Assembly (NCBI GenBank): GCA_963694715.1
Contig: CAVOEB010000004.1
Location: 11,783 to 75,782, forward strand
DNA from: Alphaproteobacteria bacterium
Lineage (GTDB): Bacteria; Pseudomonadota; Alphaproteobacteria; UBA828; JAPUJA01
DNA length: 64,000 nt
Direction of reading: 5' to 3'
Shown here: positions 21,510 through 34,775 of the stretch, one piece after another
How positions within the stretch are numbered: position 1 is the first letter of the stretch
How the letters are laid out: the number at the start of each line of letters is the position of its first letter
Position numbers and translations under genes: made by a program
The notes under the pieces: generated by a model
Databases searched by the model: none
What the model saw: only the letters and a program-made list of their open reading frames with translations
What the model was told of the DNA's origin: nothing

Positions 21510-23270
21510 GTGCGACAGAACGGCTCGGAGATCGTGCTCAAGGCCCTCGTGGATCAGGGTGTAGACGTGCTGTTCGGCTATCCGGGTGGCGCGGTCCTGC
21601 CGATCTACGACGCCATTTTTAAGCAGAACGAGATCCGCCACATCCTGGTACGCCACGAGCCCGCCGCCTTGCACGCAGCGGAGGGCTATGCGCGATCGAC
21701 CGGCAAGGTCGGCGTCGTGCTCGTGACCTCGGGGCCGGGGGCAACCAACAGCGTGACCGGGCTGGCAGACGCGCTGATGGACAGCGTGCCGCTGGTCTGC
21801 CTGACTGGCCAGGTGCCGACCCACATGATAGGCAACGACGCCTTCCAGGAGGCCGACACGGTCGGTATCACGCGGCCCTGCACCAAGCATAATTATCTGG
21901 TCAAGGACGTGAACGAGCTGGCGCGTACGCTGCACGAAGCGTTCGACATCGCGCGTTCGGGCCGGCCGGGGCCGGTGGTGGTTGACCTGCCCAAAGATAT
22001 TTTGATGGCCGAGGGCGGTGCCTATAGCGGTCCCGACAACGTCCGCCATCGTACCTACACGCCCCAGACCGAGGGCGATCCGGCGGCGATCGAGCAGGCG
22101 GTCGAGTTGATCGCGCGCGCGAAGCGGCCGATTTTCTACGCCGGCGGCGGGGTCATCAATTCGGGTCCCGAAGCCAGCGCCCGGCTGATCGAGCTCGTCC
22201 GGCGTACGGGCTATCCGATCACCAACACCCTGATGGGGCTGGGCGGTTATCCCGCGAGCGATCCGCAGTTCGTCGGCATGCTCGGCATGCACGGCACCTA
22301 CGAAGCCAACATGGCGATGGCCGAGTGCGACGTGATGGTTGCCATCGGCGCGCGCTTCGACGACCGGGTGACCGGCCGGCTTGACGCCTTCTCGCAGGGC
22401 TCGACCAAGATCCACATCGACATCGACCGCTCGTCGATCAACAAGAACGTCAAGGTCGACCTACCCATCGTCGGCGATTGCGCCAGCGTGCTGGGCGCGC
22501 TGCTCGAACGCTGGGGCGGAGGCGGTCATGCGCCAGACAAGGACGCGCTCAAGACCTGGTGGGCGCGGATCGACGACTGGCGCTCGCGCGACTGCCTGCA
22601 TTACGAGCAGACCGGCGACGTGATCAAGCCGCAATACGCGATCGACCGGCTCCACCAGCTGACCAAGGACCGCGACGACGTCTACATTACCACCGAGGTC
22701 GGCCAGCATCAGATGTGGGCGGCGCAGTTCCTCAAGTTCGAGACGCCGAAGCACTGGATGACGTCGGGCGGGCTCGGCACCATGGGCTATGGCTTCCCAG
22801 CGGCGATGGGCGTGCAGGTCGCGCACCCGGACGCGCTGGTGATCGACGTGGCGGGCGAGGCTTCGCTGCTGATGAGCATCCAGGAGCTCTCGACGCTGGC
22901 TCAGTACGGGCTGCCGGTGAAGGTGTTCATCGTCAACAACCAATACATGGGTATGGTCCGCCAGTGGCAGGAGTTTTTCCACGGCGGCCGCTACTCGGAG
23001 AGCTACATGGAATCGCTGCCCGATTTCGTGAAGTTGGCGGAATCCTTTGGCGCCGTGGGACTGCGCGCCGAGAAGCCCGATGAGGTCGACGATCTGATCG
23101 GCGAGATGATCGCGGTCGACCGGCCGGTGCTGGCCGACGTGCGGGTCGATCCCGACGAGAACGTCTTTCCGATGATCCCGGGAGGGGCCGCCCATTACGA
23201 GATGAAGCTCGGCCCCGACGGCAGCGACGCGGGCCCGGATCGCGGCCAGGACGGCATGGTGCTCGTCTAA
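21510..23270 (+). CDS. ilvI: Acetolactate synthase large subunit
   Basis: FGYPGGAVLP, TSGPGATN, GMLGMHG, SGGLGTMGYG, GMVRQWQ. Confidence 0.95.
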   Translation: MRQNGSEIVLKALVDQGVDVLFGYPGGAVLPIYDAIFKQNEIRHILVRHEPAALHAAEGYARSTGKVGVVLVTSGPGATNSVTGLADALMDSVPLVCLTGQVPTHMIGNDAFQEADTVGITRPCTKHNYLVKDVNELARTLHEAFDIARSGRPGPVVVDLPKDILMAEGGAYSGPDNVRHRTYTPQTEGDPAAIEQAVELIARAKRPIFYAGGGVINSGPEASARLIELVRRTGYPITNTLMGLGGYPASDPQFVGMLGMHGTYEANMAMAECDVMVAIGARFDDRVTGRLDAFSQGSTKIHIDIDRSSINKNVKVDLPIVGDCASVLGALLERWGGGGHAPDKDALKTWWARIDDWRSRDCLHYEQTGDVIKPQYAIDRLHQLTKDRDDVYITTEVGQHQMWAAQFLKFETPKHWMTSGGLGTMGYGFPAAMGVQVAHPDALVIDVAGEASLLMSIQELSTLAQYGLPVKVFIVNNQYMGMVRQWQEFFHGGRYSESYMESLPDFVKLAESFGAVGLRAEKPDEVDDLIGEMIAVDRPVLADVRVDPDENVFPMIPGGAAHYEMKLGPDGSDAGPDRGQDGMVLV

Positions 23271-23308
23271 GCTCCAGCCGCGCCGCTGCAGGCCTTTAGG
23301 AAACGCCC

Positions 23309-24879
<1,571 letters not shown>

Positions 24880-24889
24880 AGACCTATCC

Positions 24890-24918
24890 GGTTCGCTTTG
24901 GGAGTTCCAAAGCGAACC
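24890..24918 (+). terminator. Strong hairpin after ilvC (terminator or stability hairpin)
   Basis: 12-bp perfect stem ggttcgctttgg/ccaaagcgaacc; no clear U-tract. Confidence 0.5.
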
Positions 24919-24967
24919 CGCGTTCAGTCGCCACGCAGAATATCTTGATCGCGTTCGATCGCCGAGC

Positions 24968-25030
24968 AGGCCGGCCGTCCTCAGCCAACTCCGGCCCTGC
25001 GGCCTGCACTTGCGGGCTCGCGGAACCGGA
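24968..25030 (+). repeat. Intergenic repeat family, right module (copy D)
   Basis: ggccggccgtcctcagccaactccggccctgcggcctgcacttgcgggctcgcggaacc aligns with copies B and F. Confidence 0.75.
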
Positions 25031-25084
25031 CGGACCCTGCTCTGTTGAGTTGCGCGCTCCGGGCTTTGCCCGGACCCCGTTCGG

Positions 25085-25200
25085 AAATTAGCGCCCCCCT
25101 CGTAGGCGGGCGCTTGGTTGCTTTGAGAGGCTGCTAAGGAGCGAATCTCACGGGCGCCGTCAAGAGAGACGGCCAAGTTCCTCTTCGGACTGGGTTTTCA
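25085..25200 (-). ncRNA. Candidate small RNA (3-4 consecutive hairpins)
   Basis: Stems at 25156-25173, 25124-25150 and 25091-25113, the last followed by taattt on minus; CU-rich loops on minus; no credible ORF. Confidence 0.35.
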
Positions 25201-25298
25201 TCTCCGCGCGGGATTGGCCCAGAGTGCCAGAATCTAGAATTTCTGTTGCGTTTCAAGGGGAAAAAAGCGTAGAACGGAAATCGGTTAACGGCGGTGGA

Positions 25299-25314
25299 TT
25301 AAGTTTGGGTTAAC
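25299..25314. promoter_or_regulatory. CtrA-type binding site TTAA-N7-TTAAC
   Basis: ttaa-gtttggg-ttaac exact consensus, plus an extra gttaac half-site at 25284-25289, in an AT-rich intergenic patch. Confidence 0.7.
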
Positions 25315-25582
25315 CCTGTTTGTGCCAATCTACGAAGTGTCTGGATTAGCGCGCGGGGTGGATCGCGAGCGAAAAATTAATAAATTCGTTTCATATCAAG
25401 GATCTGGTGTGATTCGCGGCGACCGCGACGTAAGCCCCCGTCTGCGCGGGATTCGGGAATTCCGTGCCTTGGCGCGGCGACTTAGGCGCCCCCGGGCGAA
25501 TTGACGCTGCTTTTTGCGGCGGTCGTTCGGGGATTGGTTTTTTGCCCTTCGTTGCTAATACCAAGACATGAGGATCTAAGCC

Positions 25583-27136
25583 ATGACCAAGCCATCTGAA
25601 CCAAGCCGCGTCGTCATTTTCGACACGACGCTGCGCGACGGCGAGCAGTCGCCCGGCGCGTCGATGAACCTGGAAGAAAAGCTGCGGATTGCCCAAATGC
25701 TCGAACGCATGGGCGTCGACATCATCGAGGCGGGCTTTCCGATCGCGTCGAACGGGGATTTCGAGGCGGTGCGCGAAGTTGCGCGGCGGATCAAGCAGAG
25801 CACGGTGTGTGGGCTCGCCCGCTCGGCGCGCAAGGACATCGAGCGCGCGGCGGAGGCGCTCGAGCCGGCGGCGCGGCCACGCATTCACACCTTCATTTCT
25901 ACCAGCCCGCTGCATATGAAGTTCAAGCTCCGCATGGAGCCCGAGCAGGTGCTCGACGCGGTCAAGGACAGCGTGACCTTTGCGCGGCGTTTTACGGACG
26001 ATGTCGAATGGTCGTGCGAGGACGGTTCGCGGACCGAGCCCGACTTCCTGTGCCGCACGGTCGAGGCGGCGATCGAGGCCGGCGCGGGCACGGTCAACAT
26101 CCCGGACACGGTGGGCTACAGCCTGCCCGGTGAGTTCGCGGAAAAGATCCGCCTGTTGATCGAGCGGGTGCCCAACATTGACAAGGCGATCATCTCGGTG
26201 CATTGCCACAACGATCTGGGCCTTGCGGTGGCGAACTCGCTGGCCGCGGTTCAGGTTGGCGCACGCCAGGTCGAATGCACGATCAATGGGCTGGGCGAGC
26301 GAGCCGGCAACGCCGCGATGGAAGAAATCGTGATGGCGCTGCGCACTCGCCACGACCTGATGCCCTTTGATACGGGGATCAAGTCCGAACTGATCACCAA
26401 GGCCTCGCGCCTGGTCTCGACGGTCACCGGCTTCGCCGTGCAGAACAACAAGGCGATCGTCGGGGCCAACGCGTTTGCCCATGAATCGGGTATCCACCAG
26501 GACGGCATGCTCAAGCATGTGGGGACCTACGAAATCATGACGCCGGAATCTGTCGGGCTGATCAGCTCGACCCTCGTGATGGGCAAGCATTCCGGGCGCC
26601 ACGCGTTCAAGACGAAGCTCCAGGAACTGGGCTACGAGATTGGCGACAACGCGCTCCAGGACGCTTTCGCGCGGTTCAAGGATCTCGCCGACAAGAAGAA
26701 GGAGCTGTTCGACGAGGATCTCGTCGCGCTGGTTGATGACGAACTGGCCCGCTCGGGCGAACGGATCAATTTCGTCTCACTCGCGGTACGGTGCGGCTCG
26801 GAAGGGCCGCCCGAGGCCGCGCTCGCGCTTGCGGTGGACGGCGTAGCGCATAACGCCGAGGCCAGTGGCGACGGCCCGATCGATGCCACGTTCAACGCCA
26901 TCAAGGCGATCTATCCACACGAGGCGCACCTGCAGCTATTCCAGGTTCACGCGGTTACCCGGGGTACCGACGCCCAGGGCGAAGTGACCGTGCGGCTGGA
27001 AGAGGACGGGCGCAGCGTCAACGGCCAGGGCGCGGACACGGACACCCTCGTCGCGGCCGCGAAAGCCTATGTGAATGCACTTAATAAGCTATTGATAAAG
27101 AAAGAAAAAACGGCACCGGCCGCAATGATGGCCTGA
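25583..27136 (+). CDS. leuA: 2-isopropylmalate synthase
   Basis: DTTLRDGEQSPG, HCHNDLG, GERAGN, HESGIHQDG. Confidence 0.96.
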   Translation: MTKPSEPSRVVIFDTTLRDGEQSPGASMNLEEKLRIAQMLERMGVDIIEAGFPIASNGDFEAVREVARRIKQSTVCGLARSARKDIERAAEALEPAARPRIHTFISTSPLHMKFKLRMEPEQVLDAVKDSVTFARRFTDDVEWSCEDGSRTEPDFLCRTVEAAIEAGAGTVNIPDTVGYSLPGEFAEKIRLLIERVPNIDKAIISVHCHNDLGLAVANSLAAVQVGARQVECTINGLGERAGNAAMEEIVMALRTRHDLMPFDTGIKSELITKASRLVSTVTGFAVQNNKAIVGANAFAHESGIHQDGMLKHVGTYEIMTPESVGLISSTLVMGKHSGRHAFKTKLQELGYEIGDNALQDAFARFKDLADKKKELFDEDLVALVDDELARSGERINFVSLAVRCGSEGPPEAALALAVDGVAHNAEASGDGPIDATFNAIKAIYPHEAHLQLFQVHAVTRGTDAQGEVTVRLEEDGRSVNGQGADTDTLVAAAKAYVNALNKLLIKKEKTAPAAMMA

Positions 27137-27206
27137 GCGGTTCGATGACGGGTGCCCGGTTCCTCGGGTGCACCGACCCGCGTTACGGAAGATGAGGCGA
27201 GGATAA

Positions 27207-28247
<1,041 letters not shown>

Positions 28248-28309
28248 CGACGGGCGCCCTGTGCCGGAGCCGTTCCGGACGGGCGTCGGTTCAGGAGTAA
28301 GAGAACCCT

Positions 28310-29191
28310 GTGAGATCGTCGGGACATCGCGTTTTACGTCTGGCCATGCCGCTCAAGGTGTTGGTCCAGCGCTTCGCGTTCATTCTTCTGGTAGGCGCGA
28401 CGGTTACGATGATGATTGTCGACCGGGTCGAGCCCAAGGCCACCGAACGGCTGCGTGTGGTGGCTACCGACATCACGGCGCCGGTCCTCGAATTTTTTTC
28501 CAAACCTGCGGCGGGCATCGCCTCGCTAGCCGAGCGGGTCGAAATCTTCTTCTCCGTCTATGAGGAAAACGAGCAGTTGCGGCTCGAAAACGAGCGGCTG
28601 CTGAAATGGCAGGCGGTGGCACGCCAAGCCGAGCACGAGAACGTGGAGTTGCGTGACATGCTCAACGTGGTCTCGGATCCGCGGGCCTCGTTCATTTCCG
28701 GTCGGGTGATCGCGGATTCGGGCGGTGCCTTCGTGCGCACCGTACTGATCAATGCGGGCGCGGGGGACGGCGTCGCGGGCGGCCAGGCGGTGGTCAACGG
28801 CGACGGGCTGGTGGGCCGGATCGTTGAAGCTGGCTCGCGCAGTGCGCGCGTGTTGCTGCTTACTGACTTGAATTCCCGCATCCCGGTGGTCATCGAATCG
28901 AGCCGCGAGCGGGCGATCCTTTTGGGCGACAACAGCCAGCGCGCCCACCTCGCCTTCCTCGACGACAAGGCGGTGCTCGCCGAAGGCGACCGGGTGGTTA
29001 CGTCGGGCCACGGCGGCATGTTCCCGCCGGGCATCCCGATCGGCACGGTATCAAGGGTGACTGTCGGCGGCGGCGTGGTGGAGCCCTTTGCGGACTGGGA
29101 CCGACTCGAATTCGTCAGCGTGATGAACTACGTGGTGCCTGGCGTGCTGCCCTCGCCGCGCCGCGCCGGCCGGGTGGAGAAACTGCCGTGA
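28310..29191 (+). CDS. mreC: Rod shape-determining protein MreC
   Basis: TM + coiled coil, GLVGRI, VVTSGHGGMFPPGIPIG; operon position. Confidence 0.93.
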   Translation: MRSSGHRVLRLAMPLKVLVQRFAFILLVGATVTMMIVDRVEPKATERLRVVATDITAPVLEFFSKPAAGIASLAERVEIFFSVYEENEQLRLENERLLKWQAVARQAEHENVELRDMLNVVSDPRASFISGRVIADSGGAFVRTVLINAGAGDGVAGGQAVVNGDGLVGRIVEAGSRSARVLLLTDLNSRIPVVIESSRERAILLGDNSQRAHLAFLDDKAVLAEGDRVVTSGHGGMFPPGIPIGTVSRVTVGGGVVEPFADWDRLEFVSVMNYVVPGVLPSPRRAGRVEKLP

Positions 29192-29703
29192 GCCCCGCCC
29201 TGGTTCAGCGGTTCAACCTCTATTTCTGGAATTTGATTCCCGTCGCCACGATCCTGCTGCTGGTGTTCGTCACGGTGGTGCCTTGGCGGCTTCCGGGGTT
29301 CGGGGCGATCACGCCTGCCTTTATCCTGATGGCGGTGTTCTATTGGAGCATTTACCGGCCCGACCAGCTGTCCTATGTGGCGGTGTTCTGCCTGGGCACC
29401 GTCCAGGACCTGTTGAGCGGCATGCCGCTCGGCATGACCCCGCTGGTGCTGTTGATCGTCCAGGGCATCCTAATCTCACAGCGCCGGTTCCTGCTCGGAA
29501 AATCGTTTTTCGTCGTCTGGTGTAGCTTTATGATCGTCGCCCTCGGTGCCGCCATCCTCAGCTGGGTCGTCGGCACGGTATTCTTCGGCGCACCGCTGGC
29601 GCCGGTGCCGATCGTCGTTCAGGTGGTCATGACCGTCCTGCTCTATCCGGCGCTGACATGGCTGTTCGGCCGGGCCCACCTGGCGATGTTGCGATACGGA
29701 TAA
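29188..29703 (+). CDS. mreD: Rod shape-determining protein MreD
   Basis: Hydrophobic, FYWSIYRP, QDLLSGMPLG; operon position. Confidence 0.9.
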   Translation: MSPALVQRFNLYFWNLIPVATILLLVFVTVVPWRLPGFGAITPAFILMAVFYWSIYRPDQLSYVAVFCLGTVQDLLSGMPLGMTPLVLLIVQGILISQRRFLLGKSFFVVWCSFMIVALGAAILSWVVGTVFFGAPLAPVPIVVQVVMTVLLYPALTWLFGRAHLAMLRYG

Positions 29704-29704
29704 G

Positions 29705-31573
29705 ATGCGTAACTCCGATCCCGGCCGGAACAAGCTGTTTACCCGACGGGCGCTGATTTTTGGCGGCCTGCAACTCGGCCTATTTGGGACCCTCGCGGGG
29801 CGTCTTTACCAGTTGCAGGTGATCGAATCCGACCTCTACCGGATGCAGGCGGACGATAACCGCATCAATTACCAACTGTTGCAGCCGCCGCGTGGACGGA
29901 TCGTCGACCGCTTCGGGGAAGTCCTCGCGGTCAACCGCCAGACCTATCGTCTTTTGCTGGTGCCCGAGCAAACTCCCAGCGTCGAGCTGACCCTCGGGGC
30001 TCTGGAAAATCTGATTAGCCTATCGGTGGACGAGAAGGCACGGATCTTAAAGGAGTCCGAGCGCCAGCGCAGCTTTGTGCCGATTACCGTGCGTGACAAC
30101 TTGACCTGGGCCGAGGTTTCTCGGATCGAGGTCAACATCCCCAACCTGCCTGGCGCCATGATCGATGTCGGAGAAAGCCGCTATTACCCCTACGGCCCCG
30201 TGACGGCGCATCTGGTCGGCTATGTCGGCAGGGTCTCGGAGCGCGAGCTTACGGGCGACCCGCTCCTCGCCTTGCCACAATTCCGCATCGGCAAGAACGG
30301 GGTCGAAAAATTCCACGACGTCGACTTGCGCGGCGAGGCGGGCTCGCGCCAGGTCGAGGTCAACGCCTATGGGCGGATCATTCGCGAACTCGCGCGCAAG
30401 GACGGCACGCCGGGCAACGATTACATGCTAACCGTCGATATCGGTATCCAGCAATTTGCCGCCTCCCGGTTCGGTCAGAAGAGCGGCGCGGCGGTGGTGC
30501 TCGACGTCCATTCCGGCGACGTGCTGGTGATGGTGTCGACGCCGGGCTTCGATCCCAACGCATTCAACGTCGGGCTCGACCAGGCGGAGTGGCAGCGGCT
30601 GGTCAACCATCCCCGCGCACCGCTTACCAACAAGGCGACCGCAGGGCAGTATCCGCCGGGCTCGATCTACAAAATGATAGTCGCGCTGGCCGCCCTCGAG
30701 GCGGGGCTGATCACCCCCGAGCACCGGATCTATTGCCCTGGCTATGTCGAACTCGGCAACCGTTTCTTCCACTGCTGGCGCAAGCAGGGCCATGGCACGA
30801 TGCGTCTGGTCGACGCGATCTCTCACTCATGCGACGTCTATTTTTACGACATCGCCAAGCGTGTCGGGGTCGACGCGATCGGTGCCATGGCCCGCCGCTT
30901 CGGCTTGGGCGAGCGCTCAGGCATCGGCCTGCCGAGCGAGAAGGGAGGCCTGGTGCCCAGTAGAGACTGGAAGATGGCGATTTACGGCGAGCCCTGGCAG
31001 AAGGGCGAAACCCTGGTGATCGGCATCGGCCAGGGTTATTTGCTGGCAACCCCGTTGCAGCTTGCGGTGATGACGGCGCGACTGGCCAATGGCGGGATTG
31101 CCGTGCGCCCGAACCTGGTGCGCGGTGTGGTGCGCGACGGCACGGCGCAGCCCACAGCGCGCGGGGCCGCACCCTCGATGAACCTTTCACCCGCAGCACT
31201 CGCCGCAGTGATCGCGGGGATGCGGGCGGTGACCAACGATCCCACGGGCACTGCCTACCGGGCGCGAATTACCGATCCGGAGATGGCCATGGCGGGCAAG
31301 ACCGGCAGCGCACAGGTTCGCGGGATCAGCAAGGCCGAGCGCGACAGCGGCGTGATCAGGAACAAGGATCTACCGTGGGAGCAGCGTGATCACGCGATGT
31401 TCGTCGCCTTTGCGCCGGTCAACGCGCCGCGCTACGCCGTCTCGGTGCTCATCGAGCATGGCGGCTCGGGCGCGGGCATGGCGGCCCCGATCGGGCGCGA
31501 CATCCTGTGGGAGACCCAGAAGCGCGATCCGTCGCGCCGCGTGCCCGGCACCGTGGCGGGCGAGGAGATCTAG
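29705..31573 (+). CDS. mrdA: Penicillin-binding protein 2
   Basis: PPGSIYK (SxxK), SCD, KTGSAQ. Confidence 0.95.
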   Translation: MRNSDPGRNKLFTRRALIFGGLQLGLFGTLAGRLYQLQVIESDLYRMQADDNRINYQLLQPPRGRIVDRFGEVLAVNRQTYRLLLVPEQTPSVELTLGALENLISLSVDEKARILKESERQRSFVPITVRDNLTWAEVSRIEVNIPNLPGAMIDVGESRYYPYGPVTAHLVGYVGRVSERELTGDPLLALPQFRIGKNGVEKFHDVDLRGEAGSRQVEVNAYGRIIRELARKDGTPGNDYMLTVDIGIQQFAASRFGQKSGAAVVLDVHSGDVLVMVSTPGFDPNAFNVGLDQAEWQRLVNHPRAPLTNKATAGQYPPGSIYKMIVALAALEAGLITPEHRIYCPGYVELGNRFFHCWRKQGHGTMRLVDAISHSCDVYFYDIAKRVGVDAIGAMARRFGLGERSGIGLPSEKGGLVPSRDWKMAIYGEPWQKGETLVIGIGQGYLLATPLQLAVMTARLANGGIAVRPNLVRGVVRDGTAQPTARGAAPSMNLSPAALAAVIAGMRAVTNDPTGTAYRARITDPEMAMAGKTGSAQVRGISKAERDSGVIRNKDLPWEQRDHAMFVAFAPVNAPRYAVSVLIEHGGSGAGMAAPIGRDILWETQKRDPSRRVPGTVAGEEI

Positions 31574-31579
31574 AACGCC

Positions 31580-32731
31580 ATGCGCTATGCCGTGGGTCTC
31601 AACCGGGCGCGCCTGTCGCTTTTCGACAAGCTGCTTTACGTCAACTGGCTGCTCGTCCTGCTCATCTGCCTGACCGCGGGCGTCGGGTTCGGCATGCAGG
31701 TCTCGGCGGCGAGCGGCAACCTGCAGCTCTGGGCGCAGCCCCAGATGATCCGGTTCGGGATAGGGCTGTTCATCATGCTTACCATCGCGGTAGTCGATAC
31801 CAGGTTCTGGCTGCGCGCGGCCTATGTGATCTATGGGCTCGCCTTTATCCTGCTCGTCGTCGTCGAGGTGATCGGGGAAACCGGCATGGGCGCGCAACGC
31901 TGGATCGTGTTGGGGCCGGTTCAGCTGCAACCCTCGGAGCTGATGAAGATCGCGCTGGTTATGGCGCTCGCGCGCTACTTCCACGGCGCGTCACTCGAGA
32001 CTATTGCGCGGCCGGTGTTTCTGCTGCCACCGTTGATCATAGCGCTGCTGCCCGCCGCCCTGGTGCTGCGCCAGCCCGATCTGGGCACCGCCGCAGTGCT
32101 GCTGATGATTGCGGCGGCGATGATCTATCTGGCGGGGGTCAAGCTGTGGCAGTACGGCGTGATCGCGGTGATCGCGTTGGGCGCTATACCCGTCGCCTGG
32201 CAGTTTCTGCGCGAATACCAGAAGACGCGGATTATGACTTTCCTAGATCCCGAGCGCGATCCGTTGGGCGCGGGCTACCACATCATTCAGTCCAAAATCG
32301 CGTTGGGTTCGGGCGGTCTGTTCGGCAAGGGCTACCTGCAAGGTAGCCAGAGCCATCTGAACTTTCTGCCCGAAAGACAGACCGACTTTGTCTTCACCAT
32401 GCTGGCCGAGGAATTCGGCATGGTGGGCGCGCTGGGCCTGCTCGCGCTCTATGCCCTGGTCATCGCGACGTGCTTTGCCATTTCCATGCGCTGCGCCAGC
32501 GTCTTCGGGCAGTTGTTGGGCATGGGGGTCACGGCGACGTTCTTCTTCTATGTCTTCATCAACATCGCGATGGTGATGGGGTTGGTGCCGGTGGTCGGCG
32601 TCCCGTTGCCGCTGATCTCCTATGGCGGCAGCGCCATGATGACGCTGCTGATCGGCTTCGGCCTGGTGTTAAACGTGGCCGTACACCGCGACCTGCGGAT
32701 CGATCGCCGAGGCCGGATGGTGGGCGGCTAA
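31580..32731 (+). CDS. rodA: SEDS glycosyltransferase RodA
   Basis: GAQRWI, QPSELMK, QPDLGT, PLISYGGS. Confidence 0.95.
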   Translation: MRYAVGLNRARLSLFDKLLYVNWLLVLLICLTAGVGFGMQVSAASGNLQLWAQPQMIRFGIGLFIMLTIAVVDTRFWLRAAYVIYGLAFILLVVVEVIGETGMGAQRWIVLGPVQLQPSELMKIALVMALARYFHGASLETIARPVFLLPPLIIALLPAALVLRQPDLGTAAVLLMIAAAMIYLAGVKLWQYGVIAVIALGAIPVAWQFLREYQKTRIMTFLDPERDPLGAGYHIIQSKIALGSGGLFGKGYLQGSQSHLNFLPERQTDFVFTMLAEEFGMVGALGLLALYALVIATCFAISMRCASVFGQLLGMGVTATFFFYVFINIAMVMGLVPVVGVPLPLISYGGSAMMTLLIGFGLVLNVAVHRDLRIDRRGRMVGG

Positions 32732-32747
32732 CGGGATGACGATTCTA

Positions 32748-32860
32748 TCGCTCACGGCAGCGAACCTGACGGTCCGCGCTTGCGCGGCCGCGTCGGATTT
32801 TTTCATGGGACCGGCCACCCTGGGCTAACCCCGGCCCCGCGGCGGGCCGCGGTCGCGGCC
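32748..32860 (+). repeat. Intergenic repeat family, most complete copy E (left + right modules)
   Basis: tcgctcacggcagcgaacctgacggtccgcgcttgcgcggccgcgtcg...ggccaccctgggctaaccccggccccgcggcgggccgcggtcgcggcc. Confidence 0.8.
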
Positions 32861-33818
32861 ATAAGCAATTCCTGGCAATGCTGGGCGGCTCTGGTCCTCG
32901 GGTGCAGATGATTTGCTCCGGGCTTTGCGCGCCGGTGCGGTGGGCTTGGGCGGCAAAATCTTAAGGAAATGTTCGACGCAGTGCTCGGCGAACGCCTCGA
33001 GCAAGCGGGTCGGACGGGCGCGCGCGAGGTGAGCCAGAACGATGCGGGCGGGCTCGAGGGCGTCGGCGATGGGCACGCAGGCAACGGCGCACCCATCGTA
33101 GGTGAGGTCGTTGGAGGGGCGGGTGACCAGTACCGAATAGCCGACCCCGTTGGCAACCATGCCGCGCACGGTTTCGAACGATGGCGAGAGCGCGTGCAGG
33201 ACGGGCTCGAGCTTGAGCTGGTGGAACAGGCCGGTGAAATATTGCCGGCTGGGCGCGACGTCGAGCAGCACCATGGGCTCGGGCGCAAGCTCGGCCAGCG
33301 CCACCGTGCGCCGGGCAGCAGCGCGGCGAGAGAGCGGCGTTCGAGGTCGTCGGGCAGGTCGACGTCGTAGAGGGTGGCGGCGTTGAAGCGCCCGCTTTCG
33401 AGGCCGCCGAGCAGGGTCTCCTGATGGCCCTCGTAGAGCTGCAAATCGGCGTCGGGCCAGGCGGCGGCACGCGGGTGACGAGATTGGGCAGGTAGGTCGG
33501 CGAGAGCGTAAGAAAACAGCCCAGATCGAGATGACCGCGAACCGCCTGACCGAGTCCGCGGGCTTGGTCGTCGAGCTCTTCGGCGTAGGCCAGTAGGTTG
33601 CGCGCTTCGACCAGCAGCCGACGGCCCGCCGAAGTGAGCGAGATGCCCTGGGCGTGGTGGCGTAACAGGAGCTGAACACCTAATTGGGCCTCAGGCTTGG
33701 CGATGGCGAGCGAGACGGAGGGTTGCAATATGTTGAGGGCGCGGGCGGCTTCGGCCACGCTGCCCTGTTCGGCGGCGGCGGCAAAGTAGGCGATTTGCTT
33801 GAGCGTGAAGCGGACCAT
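32825..33818 (-). pseudogene. LysR-family regulator pseudogene
   Basis: MVRFTLKQIAYFAAAAEQGSVAEAARALNILQPSVS HTH; homology continues across three frames (several frameshifts/deletions); 3' end approximate. Confidence 0.85.
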
Positions 33819-33970
33819 GGAGCCAACAAGAAATTTAGTTTCGAGACGGTTTGATAATATTTCGCCTATAGCCCCAAGGCAAAAAATCATAGGAGAAAGA
33901 TGCCCGCCAAGCGCGGTGCACAGTTGTCGACAAAGGGGTTGGGCTTTGCTATATCCCTGCCTTCCTTGGT

Positions 33971-34046
<76 letters not shown>

Positions 34047-34049
34047 AGT

Positions 34050-34431
34050 TTTTTTCGAGGGATTTCGTCGCGCAGATTCTGGTAAAGCTCACAGGCCTTG
34101 CTCTTGGAATTTGAGCGCATCGTGCTCGACCCGACGCAGCCTGTGGCGGCTTTCGCACGATGCTGGTGCGGACGGTATTCTGCAGAACAGGAGCACCGGT
34201 CACACCATTATTATTCAGTGCAAGCATTACGCGCCAAATAACGCCTGGGGCGCCGAGGCCGTCGATGACCTTCTGCGGGCGCGAGGGGCCTATGCTTTAC
34301 CAAGCGCCCAACTGGTTGCGCTCACCACCGCGGCGGAATTTTCTGGCGCGGCCAGGAATCTTTCAGCACGTTCAGGTGCAATTTTGATCGATCGCTCTCG
34401 GTTGGCCGAGTGGGGACGGAGCATTCCTTGA
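34050..34431 (+). pseudogene. Mrr-like restriction endonuclease domain remnant
   Basis: DAGADGIL...IIIQCKH...AEFSGAARNL (Mrr_cat D..QxK pattern); no intact 5' part. Confidence 0.65.
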
Positions 34432-34589
34432 CGATCAGGAGTGGGAGGGGCCAGAGATGACGCGAGGTGCCGCCTGAGAGTGGGGCCACTATCCATTAGA
34501 TAAGGCCTTGAGCCCAGCTTATCAAGCTGCGGTGGTCATCGACTAATTGCAATGTCCGCTTGGCGAGATCGATTATCCGAGGACGGGTC

Positions 34590-34775
34590 ATGAACCAGTA
34601 CCGCCATTTTGCGACCGAAGAGGCGGACATAATTCGCTCGCAGGTGTCAGTCGATCCTTCTGAGTGGAAGCTGCTTCGTCGCCTTCGCTTGCCCGACAGG
34701 TTTAATGATCCGCAAGGCGGCACGATTAAGCGTGCTTTGGTGATCGACGTCGAGACAACCGGGCTTTCGACTTGT
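34590..34775 (+). pseudogene. DEDDh 3'-5' exonuclease (DnaQ-like) N-terminal fragment
   Basis: WKLLRRL...ALVIDVETTGLS ExoI motif, then homology is lost. Confidence 0.65.
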
